DNA of 64,000 nt, taken from Limnochordia bacterium. Lineage in GTDB: Bacteria; Bacillota; Limnochordia; DTU080. The position numbers and the translations under genes were made by a program. Positions within the stretch are counted from its first letter, which is position 1, and each line of letters begins with the position of its first letter. Where the stretch lies: assembly GCA_050951545.1 (NCBI GenBank), contig JBMNJG010000006.1, positions 96,001-160,000 on the forward strand, written 5' to 3'. Shown in pieces: positions 30,548 to 41,375 of this stretch. Under the pieces are notes generated by a model. That model ran no database searches. It was not told the DNA's origin and saw only the letters and a list, made by a program, of their open reading frames with translations.

Positions 30548-32565
30548 TGAAGTCGAAACTGAAGAAGGCGTTGTGCTGCACAGTGATGGTCTCTGTCATA
30601 TGGGTGTGTGTGTCGATGCTAGCCCAAGTTGCGACCGCCGAGGATTTCGCTTGGCTTGAATCTGAGAAGCTCAGAGCGGCATACTTCTATGAAGACGCTG
30701 CGTTCGAGCATCTCGACCAGCTCCGAGCCGCAGGGTTCAATGCGGCATTCGTCAAGTTCAGGGGCATAGATAATGCCGCCACGAGCTCCATCCGCGAACG
30801 TCTTGAGGAGCTTATGCGGCAGCAACAAGGCCTACCCCCTCTGAGACCTCATAAGCCCAGCATCGACCTCGACCGGATCCGCGCCTGGGCGAAGCACGCT
30901 GAGGCTGCCGGACTGCGCTTCTTCCCCGTGATAGATTTCGCTGGGGTGACTGAAGCGCGGGTGTTTGGGGGCATCATCAAACCGACCGTCTTACGAGACG
31001 GCAGCGCGCGACCCAAAGCACCTAGTCCCATTGACCCTACCTACTGGGAACAGGCAGTCAAAGAACGCTTGCTCGGAGTCGCCGAGTTGGCCAGGGAGAC
31101 GCCCATCGAAGGTGTTTTGGTCGACTTTGAGCTGTATGCAGCCACTCCCAGCGGCCTCAGCACCTACAACGATGAGACCCACTATGGCGACGATGCGTTC
31201 AGTGGCTTCCTGGAGAGCCAAGGTCTGTCTCAGGTTGAACTCCCGGCTACCCAACGGTATGCATGGCTTGATGATCGCAGTCTTCTCACCTCCTATCGCG
31301 GCTACCTTGCCACAAGAGTTCGTACCATGGCCACCGAAATCCGTGAAGCCGTAGAGACGGTGAACCCCCGCATGAAGCTGGGTCTTCTCCCCTACGCCTT
31401 CGTGTCATCGCCGACCGGACTACAAGGCGGCTGGTTCACTCAGGCGGTGGCTGCTGGATGGGGCACAGCCGCACGGCCTGTCCTGGCGCTCAGTGAGTAC
31501 AGCTTCAACCTGGGCTATACGGAGGCCATCGCTGCACAAAAGGCCAGCTTCGAGCGAGATGAGCTTCACGCAGTATTCGTGCCAGGTATCAAGCTGGGCA
31601 TGTTCTTGCCCGAATACATAGGTGCGAACTGCTACCATATGGCGCTAGAGACCGACGGGTATTGGATCTTCACCAGCTACAGCCTGGCTACCGCTCCGCA
31701 CCTGCTCAAGGACGTCTACCGTATTCCCGGATCGTCCGATGCCTACTGGCAAGCGTTTGAGCATGTGAATGCTGAGATCCATCGCAGCCTACAGCAGGGA
31801 CCCTCCTACAAGACTGACCTCGTGCTACGCCCGCAGGCTTTTGCTATCGACGCCAGGGAAAACGGTGGGATTCCCCATCTCGTGCCCTATGACCATACAG
31901 ACAAGCCGCTGCAAGCTGCTGTCGCTGGAAAACCTTCGCAGTTGCGCCGAGCTTCTCAGTGGTTCATCTATGTGGCTGAAGGGGAGAAGCTCCACCTGGA
32001 GCTACAGCGCATACAGATCGGAGCCTTCCGAGACGCTGTCACCTACCTCGTTGAGGGACCCAGCGGCATCGTGATGGCCCGAGGCGAACTGACGAGAGGC
32101 GACAACGAAACCCAGCAGATCAGCATAGCCGTTCCAGCGGGAGTCTACAGCGTACGCATTGAGGCCGGCTCAGGAGCTGTTTCGCTGGCGTCCAGCAATC
32201 GACATGTGGTGACCGAAGCAAGCCAGAAGAGCCCGATGAACATTATCGGGCGAGTGCGACCGCTCACTTTCTACGTGCCAGAACAGACAACCAGCTTTAA
32301 CCTGCACCTGAAGGCTTCGGCGCGGGAGACAGTACGGCTAGTCATGCATGATCCGCAAGGCGACACAGTCATTGACGATGTGTTCGACCGTGAAGTCACT
32401 GTCAACTTCGATGCCTCTGGCCGAGCTGGTATCTGGAACCTGCAGCTACTACGCGCTCCCGTGGGGATCTTTGAGGATGTCGAGCAGATCTATCTCGAGG
32501 GCGTGCCACCTTATTTTAGCGAAGCTGCAGAGCGGCTGCTCGTGCCTTCTGAGAACCCACATTAA
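30547..32565 (+). CDS. Secreted hypothetical protein, possible glycoside-hydrolase-like TIM barrel plus beta-sandwich domains
   Basis: signal peptide; GFNAAFV, PSPIDPTYW, GVLVDFELY; family not certain. Confidence 0.55.
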   Translation: MKSKLKKALCCTVMVSVIWVCVSMLAQVATAEDFAWLESEKLRAAYFYEDAAFEHLDQLRAAGFNAAFVKFRGIDNAATSSIRERLEELMRQQQGLPPLRPHKPSIDLDRIRAWAKHAEAAGLRFFPVIDFAGVTEARVFGGIIKPTVLRDGSARPKAPSPIDPTYWEQAVKERLLGVAELARETPIEGVLVDFELYAATPSGLSTYNDETHYGDDAFSGFLESQGLSQVELPATQRYAWLDDRSLLTSYRGYLATRVRTMATEIREAVETVNPRMKLGLLPYAFVSSPTGLQGGWFTQAVAAGWGTAARPVLALSEYSFNLGYTEAIAAQKASFERDELHAVFVPGIKLGMFLPEYIGANCYHMALETDGYWIFTSYSLATAPHLLKDVYRIPGSSDAYWQAFEHVNAEIHRSLQQGPSYKTDLVLRPQAFAIDARENGGIPHLVPYDHTDKPLQAAVAGKPSQLRRASQWFIYVAEGEKLHLELQRIQIGAFRDAVTYLVEGPSGIVMARGELTRGDNETQQISIAVPAGVYSVRIEAGSGAVSLASSNRHVVTEASQKSPMNIIGRVRPLTFYVPEQTTSFNLHLKASARETVRLVMHDPQGDTVIDDVFDREVTVNFDASGRAGIWNLQLLRAPVGIFEDVEQIYLEGVPPYFSEAAERLLVPSENPH

Positions 32566-32570
32566 CGCGA

Positions 32571-32609
32571 AGTCAGCAGTGGCGGGCTCTCCCCCGCCAC
32601 TGCTTGACT
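32571..32609. terminator. Bidirectional terminator hairpin
   Basis: AGCAGTGGCGGG...CCCGCCACTGCT between convergent genes. Confidence 0.65.
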
Positions 32610-32620
32610 CTCAGTCTTGC

Positions 32621-33925
32621 CTATCTCTCACCCATTAGCTGCTTTCCCAAAGCGATGCCCGCCTCGATGATGGCTTCGCCTGTGCCCGGACAGAGGCGAG
32701 TCGAGCGAGGCTCGTATCCGCCCTCCTCATAGGCCTTCGCAGTAGGCACGTAACCTAGATAACCGTTTGACAGGTTGGCCACCATGCCAAAGGTGTTGGG
32801 GAAAGCCTCTTTGAAGTCGATGCCCAGCTGGGTAAACATCTCTCCAGGGCCGCTCGTGATAAGCGCTGGACCAATACGCAAACAGATGACCTCTTGCATG
32901 AAGCTATCGGGTTGGCTGCCATGGTACTCTGCCCACTCCGGATTGACTTCGGCAACTCGCCTCTCCATGCGACCCACCTTGGGATCATTAAGGGCTTGAT
33001 GACTCTTCTCAAGGAACTCTGCAAGAGGCATGCGCTCAAGAGCTACTTCCGTGGAGGCTGCCCCCACCTGGTCGCAAGCCTCGGGGCTCAGGCTCACGGC
33101 CACACGCACCGTCTCACCAGCCAACCCCAGACCAATCTCTTCCGTGTAGCCTGGCCAACGGCGAGGACGTCCAGGATCACTGACGTTAAACTGGTTAATG
33201 TCTCCGCTAGCACCGTTCACCACGACCACACCAAACGGCCGGGCGCTGCCCTTGGGCTGCATCGCACAGCGAATCTTCTCGGCAGCCACGCCTACCCAAT
33301 CAGCTGAGAAAAGCTTGCCTCCCACGGTATCGCAGTGGCAACCGAAATGCGCGAGCACGCCAACAGGAACACCGTCAGGCCCATCAAAACGGAGCACGGT
33401 GACATCCGTATCCACCGGGCCTGCTGGCTTCACGATATCCGGGTTGCCAGTGCCGGGGTTCGTGTGAGCGTACCCATTCTTCATGAAGAAGCGCCGGTTG
33501 AAAGAGACCCCGGGCAGGGAGCCTCTACCCACACCCAGTGTTACCTCTACCCGGTCGCGAAAGGCGATCTCGATAGCACCAGCGGTCAGACGCGCCCAGG
33601 TTTTCATGTACTCCTCATCCCTACGAAATCCTGGCCGTCTGTGGACTACTGGTCCTGTATGGGTATGACTGGCCGCGATGAGAACATGCGACTCCGGAAT
33701 GCCTACCCGTGCTTGCACCTGCTGCTTCACAGCCTGGATGTCTTCCGGCAACATGGCAATGAGATCGGTAACTGCAACGGCGACATGCGTGTCACCTTGG
33801 GATACCACCAGTGCTCTCGAGTGCAAATCGTCTTTGATTCCCTCAGCTAACCGCTCTGCGAAGTACCCCGCCATGCCCGTCCCCATGGGAGGCGTGATGA
33901 CCACTTCGCCAAAACCAGCCTGCAT
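32621..33925 (-). CDS. Neutral/alkaline ceramidase-like hydrolase
   Basis: ITPP, ASHTHTGP, FNRR, GPVD, FGCH, GASGD, PGEMF, GYVPT..YEEGGYE. Confidence 0.8.
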   Translation of the reverse strand: MQAGFGEVVITPPMGTGMAGYFAERLAEGIKDDLHSRALVVSQGDTHVAVAVTDLIAMLPEDIQAVKQQVQARVGIPESHVLIAASHTHTGPVVHRRPGFRRDEEYMKTWARLTAGAIEIAFRDRVEVTLGVGRGSLPGVSFNRRFFMKNGYAHTNPGTGNPDIVKPAGPVDTDVTVLRFDGPDGVPVGVLAHFGCHCDTVGGKLFSADWVGVAAEKIRCAMQPKGSARPFGVVVVNGASGDINQFNVSDPGRPRRWPGYTEEIGLGLAGETVRVAVSLSPEACDQVGAASTEVALERMPLAEFLEKSHQALNDPKVGRMERRVAEVNPEWAEYHGSQPDSFMQEVICLRIGPALITSGPGEMFTQLGIDFKEAFPNTFGMVANLSNGYLGYVPTAKAYEEGGYEPRSTRLCPGTGEAIIEAGIALGKQLMGER

Positions 33926-34129
33926 TTTCACCCACCTGCCTTCAGTAATTCGTGTACGACGACCTGGCAAACAAGCCGCCACCTCAGCTTACCACACTTT
34001 GCCATGTGGCTCTGTGAGGGAGCTCTATGCTGGACAGCAATGCTATCTCGCTGCAAAGGGGCCCAGACTTCGTGACTTGACATCCTACATATATCTGAAC
34101 TATGGTCAAATTGATGAACTCAAAGGGGG

Positions 34130-35416
34130 TTGTATCACATGAGATCAAGGCGTTGCGGTATTCTGCACCTGATCTTGGCATTGGCAGCATTTGTGGTCGT
34201 AGCAGCACAGCCCGTGTACGGAAGGCAGACGCTGCAGATCATGGTGCACGAAGGCGGAGACTACCTTGAGCGGACGAAGCAGTTCTTTGCAGCATTTGAA
34301 GGCAGAAACCCCGACATTGAAGTGGAGATCGTGCCCGGCGCTGGAGGGAACTCACCAGAGGAGAAGCTATCCGTCATGGTGGCCGCGGGGATCCCGCCCG
34401 ACTTGGTGCGCACTTGGAACGCAAAGAAGCTAGGGGCTTCAGGTCTGCTGCAGGATCTCACATCGCGGTTTCAGAAACTGCCCGCAGCGGTGCGCAACGA
34501 CTTCTGGCCCGTTCTCCTGGACGATCTCAGCTATGAAGGTCGACTATACGCTCTGCCTCTGGGAACTGTGTGCAGCATGTACTACTACAATAAGCAGCTA
34601 TTTGATGAGAAGGGCGTGCCAGCCCCTAACCCCAACTGGAGCTGGGAGCGAGAGGGAATCAGCGAGCTCAAGAAGCTGAGTGTCGACCTTAACGGCGACG
34701 GCGTCCCCGACCAATGGGGTCTGGGCGCCGTGGATGGCGGTGCAGGCAATGAACTCTATCCCTTCATCTACTCCGCGGGTGGCGGCCCGCTTTTCAATGA
34801 AGACGGACGCAAGTTCCTGGGTAACAACCCCGCCACTCGTGATGCCTTGCAGTTCCTTCAGGATCTGGCCCAGGTCCATCGCGTCATGAATCCGATCGTT
34901 GGCGGTTGGGGCGAGTTTGCCCAACAGCGTGCAGCCTCGCTGCTGTGGGGGAGTTTCATGGCGGGCTATTTCCCTGCCTATGAGAATTTGGACTGGGATT
35001 TCGCCCTACGGCCAACCTTCCATGGTAACCGAGCGAGCAACGTCTGGGCAGAGACTCCCTACGGCATTTCTTCTGGTGCCAAGAGGGCTGACCTGGCCTG
35101 GCGGGCCTTGGAGTATATCGCCAGCGTTGAAGGTCAGCAGCTATCGATCAAGCTCGGGTGGGCCATCCCGCCAGCACGCAGGAGCGTAACAGTAGGCGCC
35201 TTCTTGCAGCACTTCAGTGACAAGGAAGTTCAGGTTGTCGCAGAGATGCTCTCCCTGCCGCTGAATCAGCCTCTGCCGCGCCAAGCTCCCTCAGGCTGGC
35301 AAACCAGCATTTGGTGGCCATCCGTTGTCGTACCCGTCTACCGCGGTGAAAAGGCACCCGGTCAAGCAATAGACGAAGTGGCACCCAGAATCGCCGCCTT
35401 GGCAGAGAGTCAGTAG
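34130..35416 (+). CDS. ABC transporter solute-binding protein, family 1
   Basis: signal peptide, NPDIEVE, VAAGIPPDL, GRLYALP, YYNKQLFD. Confidence 0.9.
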   Translation: MYHMRSRRCGILHLILALAAFVVVAAQPVYGRQTLQIMVHEGGDYLERTKQFFAAFEGRNPDIEVEIVPGAGGNSPEEKLSVMVAAGIPPDLVRTWNAKKLGASGLLQDLTSRFQKLPAAVRNDFWPVLLDDLSYEGRLYALPLGTVCSMYYYNKQLFDEKGVPAPNPNWSWEREGISELKKLSVDLNGDGVPDQWGLGAVDGGAGNELYPFIYSAGGGPLFNEDGRKFLGNNPATRDALQFLQDLAQVHRVMNPIVGGWGEFAQQRAASLLWGSFMAGYFPAYENLDWDFALRPTFHGNRASNVWAETPYGISSGAKRADLAWRALEYIASVEGQQLSIKLGWAIPPARRSVTVGAFLQHFSDKEVQVVAEMLSLPLNQPLPRQAPSGWQTSIWWPSVVVPVYRGEKAPGQAIDEVAPRIAALAESQ

Positions 35417-35424
35417 CTCTGACA

Positions 35425-35454
35425 GGAGTTGGGTGCCTTCTGGTACCCAACTCC
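35425..35454. terminator. Hairpin between convergent SBP genes
   Basis: GGAGTTGGGTGCC-TTCT-GGTACCCAACTCC. Confidence 0.65.
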
Positions 35455-35545
35455 CTCTGCAATCCCGTCAGACGACAGTCCACCACGAACTCTCGAGGGA
35501 TCTGTCAGCTATGTACTGACTCCCATCATACGTTGATCCGAGCAC

Positions 35546-36862
35546 TCACTTGCTATACCAATACTCATCGAGAAGGGGCTGAATAAGCCGTCGCGCCTCC
35601 TCCATGGCGACCACAGAGCCCTTCCTACCGTAAACAACGTCCGTAAGCGCCGAAGCATGTATGTCCATGAGCTGCCGAGAGATGGGCAGCATCTGCACAG
35701 AGGCGGCCATAGACATGGCATTGGCTAGGGCCAGAATGTCCTTGTTGATCTTTCTATACTCTGGATTGCTATTGAATGCCACAAGAGGGGCTAATCGGCC
35801 CTGTCGCAGAAGAAAGTCACCAATGGTGTCCCGGCGAGTGCCGAGCCATCTTAGTAGCAACCACGCTTCATCAGCGTGAGACCCCTTGGGGATCACATAG
35901 TGCCAAGTGCCAATATGGGCCCCCGCGTAGGGAACACTGGCATTCAGGCGCGGCCGAGGTCCTACGGCGAAGTTGAAACCCTCTTGGCTCGCGATGTACG
36001 ACCACTCCCAGGCACCTGTTTGGTACATCGCCGCCTTGCCGTTGAGGAAATTGGCGCGACCTGCACGCACATCACCTGGGCTGCGGTGCCACGACAAGTT
36101 GATCTGAGAAAGCTTCTCCACCACCTCCAGCGCAGCACCCTGGTGGAAAGCTGGCGCCCGTAGGTCTTTGGTGAGGAACTCTCCGTTAGCAGCGTAGAGC
36201 CAGGCAACGTTGTTGTAGTCGCCCGTTGTTGCCAAGCACCCTGGTGACACGACGATAGATCCGTCCGCGTCATAGCGAACCAGTTTCAGCCCCGCCTCAT
36301 GCAATTGATCCAGTGTCTCCGGAGGTTTCGCAGCATTAAGCCCTGCAGCATTGAACAGGTCGACGTTGCGGTAGAAAATGGTGTTGGCATCGCCGCCCGC
36401 TCGTACAGGCAGACCGTACTGCTGACCGTTCCATCTTCCGGATGCGAGCTCAGATTCATACCAAAGACTGGGCTCGAGCTTATCACGAGTTAGATACTGA
36501 TCAATCGGTAGGAGCATACCTTTGTCAGCGAAACCGACGAGATCAAAGGTCTGAAACATGATAAGATTGGGGGCCACTCCACCAGCATAGGCCACGACAA
36601 ACTTCTGAATAAGGTCGTTCGCCCCGCAGCCCATTGTCCGTACAGCCACTGAGACATGCGGATATGCTTTTTCGAACTCCTCGATGTAGCCCTTGATCCA
36701 ATCGGTGCGGTGCCCTCCCCAACACTCCCAGAACTCGAGTTCTACCGGTGCCGCAGTTCCTCCGAGTGTATAGGCATACAAGGCTGTAGCGATCACCAGA
36801 AGGCAGATCAAGTGAAGCTTCGAAGAGCGTGTGACGATGCGTTCCCGTCCAGAACATGCCAT
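35546..36862 (-). CDS. ABC transporter solute-binding protein, family 1
   Basis: signal peptide, FEKAYPHV, AGGVAPNL, GQQYGLP, DEAWLLL. Confidence 0.9.
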   Translation of the reverse strand: MACSGRERIVTRSSKLHLICLLVIATALYAYTLGGTAAPVELEFWECWGGHRTDWIKGYIEEFEKAYPHVSVAVRTMGCGANDLIQKFVVAYAGGVAPNLIMFQTFDLVGFADKGMLLPIDQYLTRDKLEPSLWYESELASGRWNGQQYGLPVRAGGDANTIFYRNVDLFNAAGLNAAKPPETLDQLHEAGLKLVRYDADGSIVVSPGCLATTGDYNNVAWLYAANGEFLTKDLRAPAFHQGAALEVVEKLSQINLSWHRSPGDVRAGRANFLNGKAAMYQTGAWEWSYIASQEGFNFAVGPRPRLNASVPYAGAHIGTWHYVIPKGSHADEAWLLLRWLGTRRDTIGDFLLRQGRLAPLVAFNSNPEYRKINKDILALANAMSMAASVQMLPISRQLMDIHASALTDVVYGRKGSVVAMEEARRLIQPLLDEYWYSK

Positions 36863-36892
36863 CTGTCTTCCTCCTTGTACCGATGCTCGTCT

Positions 36893-38308
36893 CTAGTTTA
36901 CTTCTAGGAATGTGCAGTTCTGCTCAGCCAATGCTTGGTGCAGAATCGGTACCGGCAGATCGCGAGCTGCCAGTTCCCTCTTCACGCACAGCGCGGCCGC
37001 TGTTCCCGCGGCCTGTCCAAACTGCATGCAGTTCACCATCACGCGTGTGGCTCCATGGGAGGCATGCGTAGTGGAGATGCAGCGCCCAGCCACCAACAGG
37101 TTGCTACGGTTCTTCGGCACCAGGCAACGGTAGGGCACCTGATAGCACACCGTGTCACGGGGCTGTCCGTCGCTGGTCCAATGGCCGCGCCGCCAAGAAC
37201 CATCCTCCAGCGCCTCGCGCATACTGCCGTCGATCTCCTTGAAGAGAATGCCCCGCCGGAGAGGATGATGGATGTCAATTGGATACGTCCCTTGAGCGAT
37301 CACGTCAGGGAAGCGAACTCCCTCAAGGACCTCTTCCTCTTGTAGCACGTGCTCACCGACAATGCGTCGTGTCTCACGGATGCCAATCTGCGAAGCGATG
37401 TCGACGACATACGCGTCTTCGAAGCCGGGGACGTGTGTCCGCAGCTGTGTCAGGACCCACTGCAGCTGGCGCCGCCCCTCCATTTCGGCTCGGGTAAGAC
37501 TCCAACCATCCGAACCGTCGACTTCCGTGACACGTACACCAGCCAGCATCAGCTCGTCTTCTCGGAACAGATTCGGAGCGCTCCATAGGAAGTTGGGGTA
37601 CTCCTGGTCGTTGTAATCCATACGTTTGTTGAGAGCCTTGGCCACCAGGCCCTTCTGGAACCCCTCACGCTGGGCGCGCTCTACATCGATCCCACCTACC
37701 CGGAAGCACAGCGAAGGGGGCTGCATGAGTCCTTGCGCATCACCCTTTTTGCACGGCACACCTGCGCGAGCGGCGACATCTGCATCACCAGTAGCGTCAA
37801 TGATGAAGCGAGCACGGATCGCTTGGCGACCAGACTTGTTCTGGATGATCACCGTGTCAATGCGGCCATCGTCTAGCAGAACGTCGCTCGCCCACGTGTG
37901 CACAAGAGGTGTCACCTTGGCATCAAGAATCAACTCATCAAAGGCAAGCTTGGCCTGCTCTGTATCGATGGTGAAGTAACCCCGTCCATCGGGCCGGGAA
38001 TTGCGCACAGCCTCGCGACGAGCAAGCCGCTCAACGAGCTCTTCGGGCAGGCCCCGAATCACCTGCGTCTCATAATCCATGCCATAGAGCTTATGCCAGA
38101 TGACAACCAGACCCGCTGTGGCCATGCCACCAAAGAAACCATGCCGCTCAACGAGCATGACGTCGGCACCGAGCCTTGCTGCTGCAACAGCGGCACATAC
38201 ACCCGCAGGACCACCCCCACACACCAACACATCGACCTCATGAACGACTGGTATTCGTTCCGCTGGCACAACCACAGATAAACCCGCTGAATTCACTGTC
38301 ATTCCCAC
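36893..38308 (-). CDS. FAD-dependent oxidoreductase (FAD_oxidored family)
   Basis: GGGPAG, GGMATAG, DATGDAD, GIRETRR, YQVPYRCL, NLLVAGRC. Confidence 0.9.
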   Translation of the reverse strand: MGMTVNSAGLSVVVPAERIPVVHEVDVLVCGGGPAGVCAAVAAARLGADVMLVERHGFFGGMATAGLVVIWHKLYGMDYETQVIRGLPEELVERLARREAVRNSRPDGRGYFTIDTEQAKLAFDELILDAKVTPLVHTWASDVLLDDGRIDTVIIQNKSGRQAIRARFIIDATGDADVAARAGVPCKKGDAQGLMQPPSLCFRVGGIDVERAQREGFQKGLVAKALNKRMDYNDQEYPNFLWSAPNLFREDELMLAGVRVTEVDGSDGWSLTRAEMEGRRQLQWVLTQLRTHVPGFEDAYVVDIASQIGIRETRRIVGEHVLQEEEVLEGVRFPDVIAQGTYPIDIHHPLRRGILFKEIDGSMREALEDGSWRRGHWTSDGQPRDTVCYQVPYRCLVPKNRSNLLVAGRCISTTHASHGATRVMVNCMQFGQAAGTAAALCVKRELAARDLPVPILHQALAEQNCTFLEVN

Positions 38309-38531
38309 TCTCCATCCCAGATTCGGTCGCCTATGCTATGCTCTGACACTGTGGTCAGCACGCTACCATCGCTGATACCGTACACAATCAACGAACTATC
38401 GGAACCGGGCAGACGAATGCTGGCTATCTCATTTGCACAGCCAGCATTGCGTAGACTTGAGGTGTTGTTGATCGGCAGCACGGCCTCCTAGCAGCAGCCT
38501 TCACTGACATGGTGCCTTTGAGTGGAATGCC

Positions 38532-39827
38532 CTACGTGGGCGATTCTTGGACAAGGGCCACTGCTTCATCAGCGACAGCGGCACCTACATTGGCAGAGTA
38601 GTGTGGACGCCCCGTGAGTCCCGGTACAGTTATGGCTGCATATCCCCTTCGCTCATAGTCACTGGGGTCAGGGATATAGCCCCAGAAATCGTTGCTGTAG
38701 CCCACCACCCATAGGTTGTCTCCCAGCGTCCGCTGGCGAATCTCCTGCGCCACCGCGGAAAACATCTCAGCACCATGGAACAGAATGCGCAATGGCCCAA
38801 GCTGGATACACTGGATCTCGCTAGACCACCCTGCGGGAACTGGCTTCCCATAGTAATCCTGCCTCCATTGGGCAAGGACCTCCGACCAGAAGCGCTTGGC
38901 TCCCTGCGTCGCCACTGTTGGGTTCCTATGGAAAGCCTCCTCAGACTTCTGCAGAGTGTCTTTCATCTGACTCTCTGTCATCACACTCACATCCACGGGT
39001 AGCGAGATCAGACGAGACGAAGAGGCCACACTGGGAGCGTCCAGGACTTGGCGCTTGGCCCATAGCTGCATGACGCCACCCGCTACGGCACTGCCCACAG
39101 CTGCGGCCCGATCTTCATGTGGCATGGGCTGTGGAAGGGGTGCTGGGTTTAGGTCGCCGCAAGCCCCCTGCAGATAAAGCACTGGCACATCTGGCCATTG
39201 CCTCTTCAGGCAGTCTCTCATCTCTCCAACCCAATCAGCGGAAGCATGCGTGTGTTCGCCCCTGAAAACCACAGCATGACAGGAGAACCTCGTGAGGATG
39301 CCTGCCAGGGCGCCTGAAGACTCGTGGACGAACAGGCACTGCTGGACATCGTCAATGGGGCCGCCCGAACGCGCTCGATTGAAGGCGACTCCAGGTAGTG
39401 TCCCGCTTGCTGCAGAAAGCACTGCTGGGCGTAGCCTCTGCCATGCTAGTAGCCCAACCTGCACCAAGCGGCGTTCAAAGAACGATACGTATTCCGGAGA
39501 CACCTCACCGCAACCGCGTAGGAAGAAGGTCGCTGGTCCACAATGGGTGTGGGTGGCGCACAAGGCTATAGCGCTTGTCGGTAGCCCCGTCGCGTGGCTC
39601 AGCTCAGTGCGCACCCTATTGGCGGAGTCGCGGTCATAGCCGCATACATCTGCACTGATAATCAACGCTCCGCACTGTCCTACACGAAAGGCGGCGGCTT
39701 GAGCGAGTAGGAACGAGTGTACATTGTCAGTTTTTCGTCCTAGGTAAAACCCGTACCCTGATAGCTCAACTCCCATCCAAGGAGTGATGTCAATGTGGGC
39801 GAACCCGGCTTGCCATTCGGACGACAC
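38532..39827 (-). CDS. Neutral/alkaline ceramidase-like hydrolase
   Basis: DITP, ATHTHCGP, FNR, FSCH, QGACGD, GYSND..GYIP. Confidence 0.8.
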   Translation of the reverse strand: MSSEWQAGFAHIDITPWMGVELSGYGFYLGRKTDNVHSFLLAQAAAFRVGQCGALIISADVCGYDRDSANRVRTELSHATGLPTSAIALCATHTHCGPATFFLRGCGEVSPEYVSFFERRLVQVGLLAWQRLRPAVLSAASGTLPGVAFNRARSGGPIDDVQQCLFVHESSGALAGILTRFSCHAVVFRGEHTHASADWVGEMRDCLKRQWPDVPVLYLQGACGDLNPAPLPQPMPHEDRAAAVGSAVAGGVMQLWAKRQVLDAPSVASSSRLISLPVDVSVMTESQMKDTLQKSEEAFHRNPTVATQGAKRFWSEVLAQWRQDYYGKPVPAGWSSEIQCIQLGPLRILFHGAEMFSAVAQEIRQRTLGDNLWVVGYSNDFWGYIPDPSDYERRGYAAITVPGLTGRPHYSANVGAAVADEAVALVQESPT

Positions 39828-39845
39828 GAGCAGCTTCCCCCTCTT

Positions 39846-41171
39846 CTATCTCGTCAGTTCCACATCGATAGCGTGCTCAGCACGCATGAGAGCCTCTGGG
39901 ATGGCTATCGTGCCATCGAGTCCCTGCATAAGCTGCGTACCAGCGGGCGTTTGGAAATCACTGAAGCGTTTGTGCTTGATACCCAGCAGCAGTAGAGGTG
40001 AGTAGACACGACTCATCATTTCCTTCGTGAAAGGCGATCGCTGGAGGTCAGGGTCCGCAAAAAGCGAGTGCCGAATTGGCAGCATGCCACGCACCATGAG
40101 ATACTGCTTGAGGTTTCTGGGCTGCACAAAGGATTCAATAACCCTCCACGCCTCATCCGGGTGCTTGCTGGAGGAGACGATCATGAGGTTGGCAGCCATG
40201 AAGTTCAGGTTGTCCCTACCCTGAACAGGACCCGGGTACCTGAAAAAACCGAGCGTATCGCTCTCTGCCACTTCGGGCCGGGCCTTGATCAGATCCTGCC
40301 AGTTAGCTCCGCTCCACGCGTAGAACATGCCACCCTTCCCGTCGACCAAAGCTACGTCACTAGCTGCCTGCCCTTGCTGCATGTCTCCCATCTGCCAAAG
40401 CTCATGGAGGTAGTCCATAGCACGAATACCCTCTGCGTGATTCAACCTGGCCTTGGTATCCATCTCGGCGAGAAGAGTCGTGTCGAGCTGTCGCAGCAGG
40501 GTTTCCAGCATGGCCAGCATCCACTGGCTAGACCGCCAGGTCCGCCAACCCCAGCGCTCTACAGTCCCATCACTACCCAAGCGAGTAAGGCGACGAGCAG
40601 CCCCCAGCATTTCGTTCCAGTCCTTGGGCGGCTCCATCATCCCGGCTTCGGCAAAGACGATGCGATTCCACAGCACGCCCCACGGCCAGACCATGAACGG
40701 CATGGCCTGCAACTCACCTTCGTAGGTCATGGCGTCGATCACGTCAGGCAGGAAGTCATTGCGATTTGGCATTCTATTGAAGAAACGGTTTAGGGGCAGA
40801 GTGAGTCCGATCTCCGCCCAGTTGCCTATACGGGTGTCAACGACATAGGAGACGTCAGGGCCCACACCCGCTGCCACGGTGACCATCAGCTTCTCGTTCG
40901 GATTGGGTGTCTGTGTTTCGACGGTGAGTTGGATGTCGGGGTTCTCTTTTTCAAACTGCACCGCCCACTCCTTGACCCACGCTTCGGCAGGGCCTTGCCA
41001 ATGCATCCACCACGTGATCGGCGTTTTTGCCAGCGACGATGAACCAAGCACAGCCAGGCAACAGACGCAGACGAGCATTGATCTCAACGGCCACCTCACG
41101 ACACTACCCCCTATCGCCATTTGACCATTCGGAACACGAACCTTCGCTCTATCACTCGACCAAGACCCCAC
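39846..41171 (-). CDS. ABC transporter solute-binding protein, family 1
   Basis: signal peptide, FEKENPDI, VAAGVGPDV, SSKHPDEAW; true start probably a little downstream. Confidence 0.9.
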   Translation of the reverse strand: MGSWSSDRAKVRVPNGQMAIGGSVVRWPLRSMLVCVCCLAVLGSSSLAKTPITWWMHWQGPAEAWVKEWAVQFEKENPDIQLTVETQTPNPNEKLMVTVAAGVGPDVSYVVDTRIGNWAEIGLTLPLNRFFNRMPNRNDFLPDVIDAMTYEGELQAMPFMVWPWGVLWNRIVFAEAGMMEPPKDWNEMLGAARRLTRLGSDGTVERWGWRTWRSSQWMLAMLETLLRQLDTTLLAEMDTKARLNHAEGIRAMDYLHELWQMGDMQQGQAASDVALVDGKGGMFYAWSGANWQDLIKARPEVAESDTLGFFRYPGPVQGRDNLNFMAANLMIVSSSKHPDEAWRVIESFVQPRNLKQYLMVRGMLPIRHSLFADPDLQRSPFTKEMMSRVYSPLLLLGIKHKRFSDFQTPAGTQLMQGLDGTIAIPEALMRAEHAIDVELTR

Positions 41172-41375
41172 CCACGGTACTCAACAACTGTCTCTAGGAG
41201 TGATTGCACTGCTAACAATCACACGTCTTTCTTCTTTTCTGAAGCTGAAGGTCCTTCCTCGCCGCGCAGGAACCTCTCATACAAGATGCGCAGGAGTCAG
41301 CACGGGCGACGCCAAATGCACATGAGAAGTGCTCATGCCGATGACGTAACCGCAAAGCACCGAGGAGGTCGTGCC

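Noticed and set aside
38299-38481. 60-aa ORF between the ceramidase-like and oxidoreductase genes
   Set aside because: AGGAGG lies only 2 nt from the GTG and the product has no recognisable features; not supportable.
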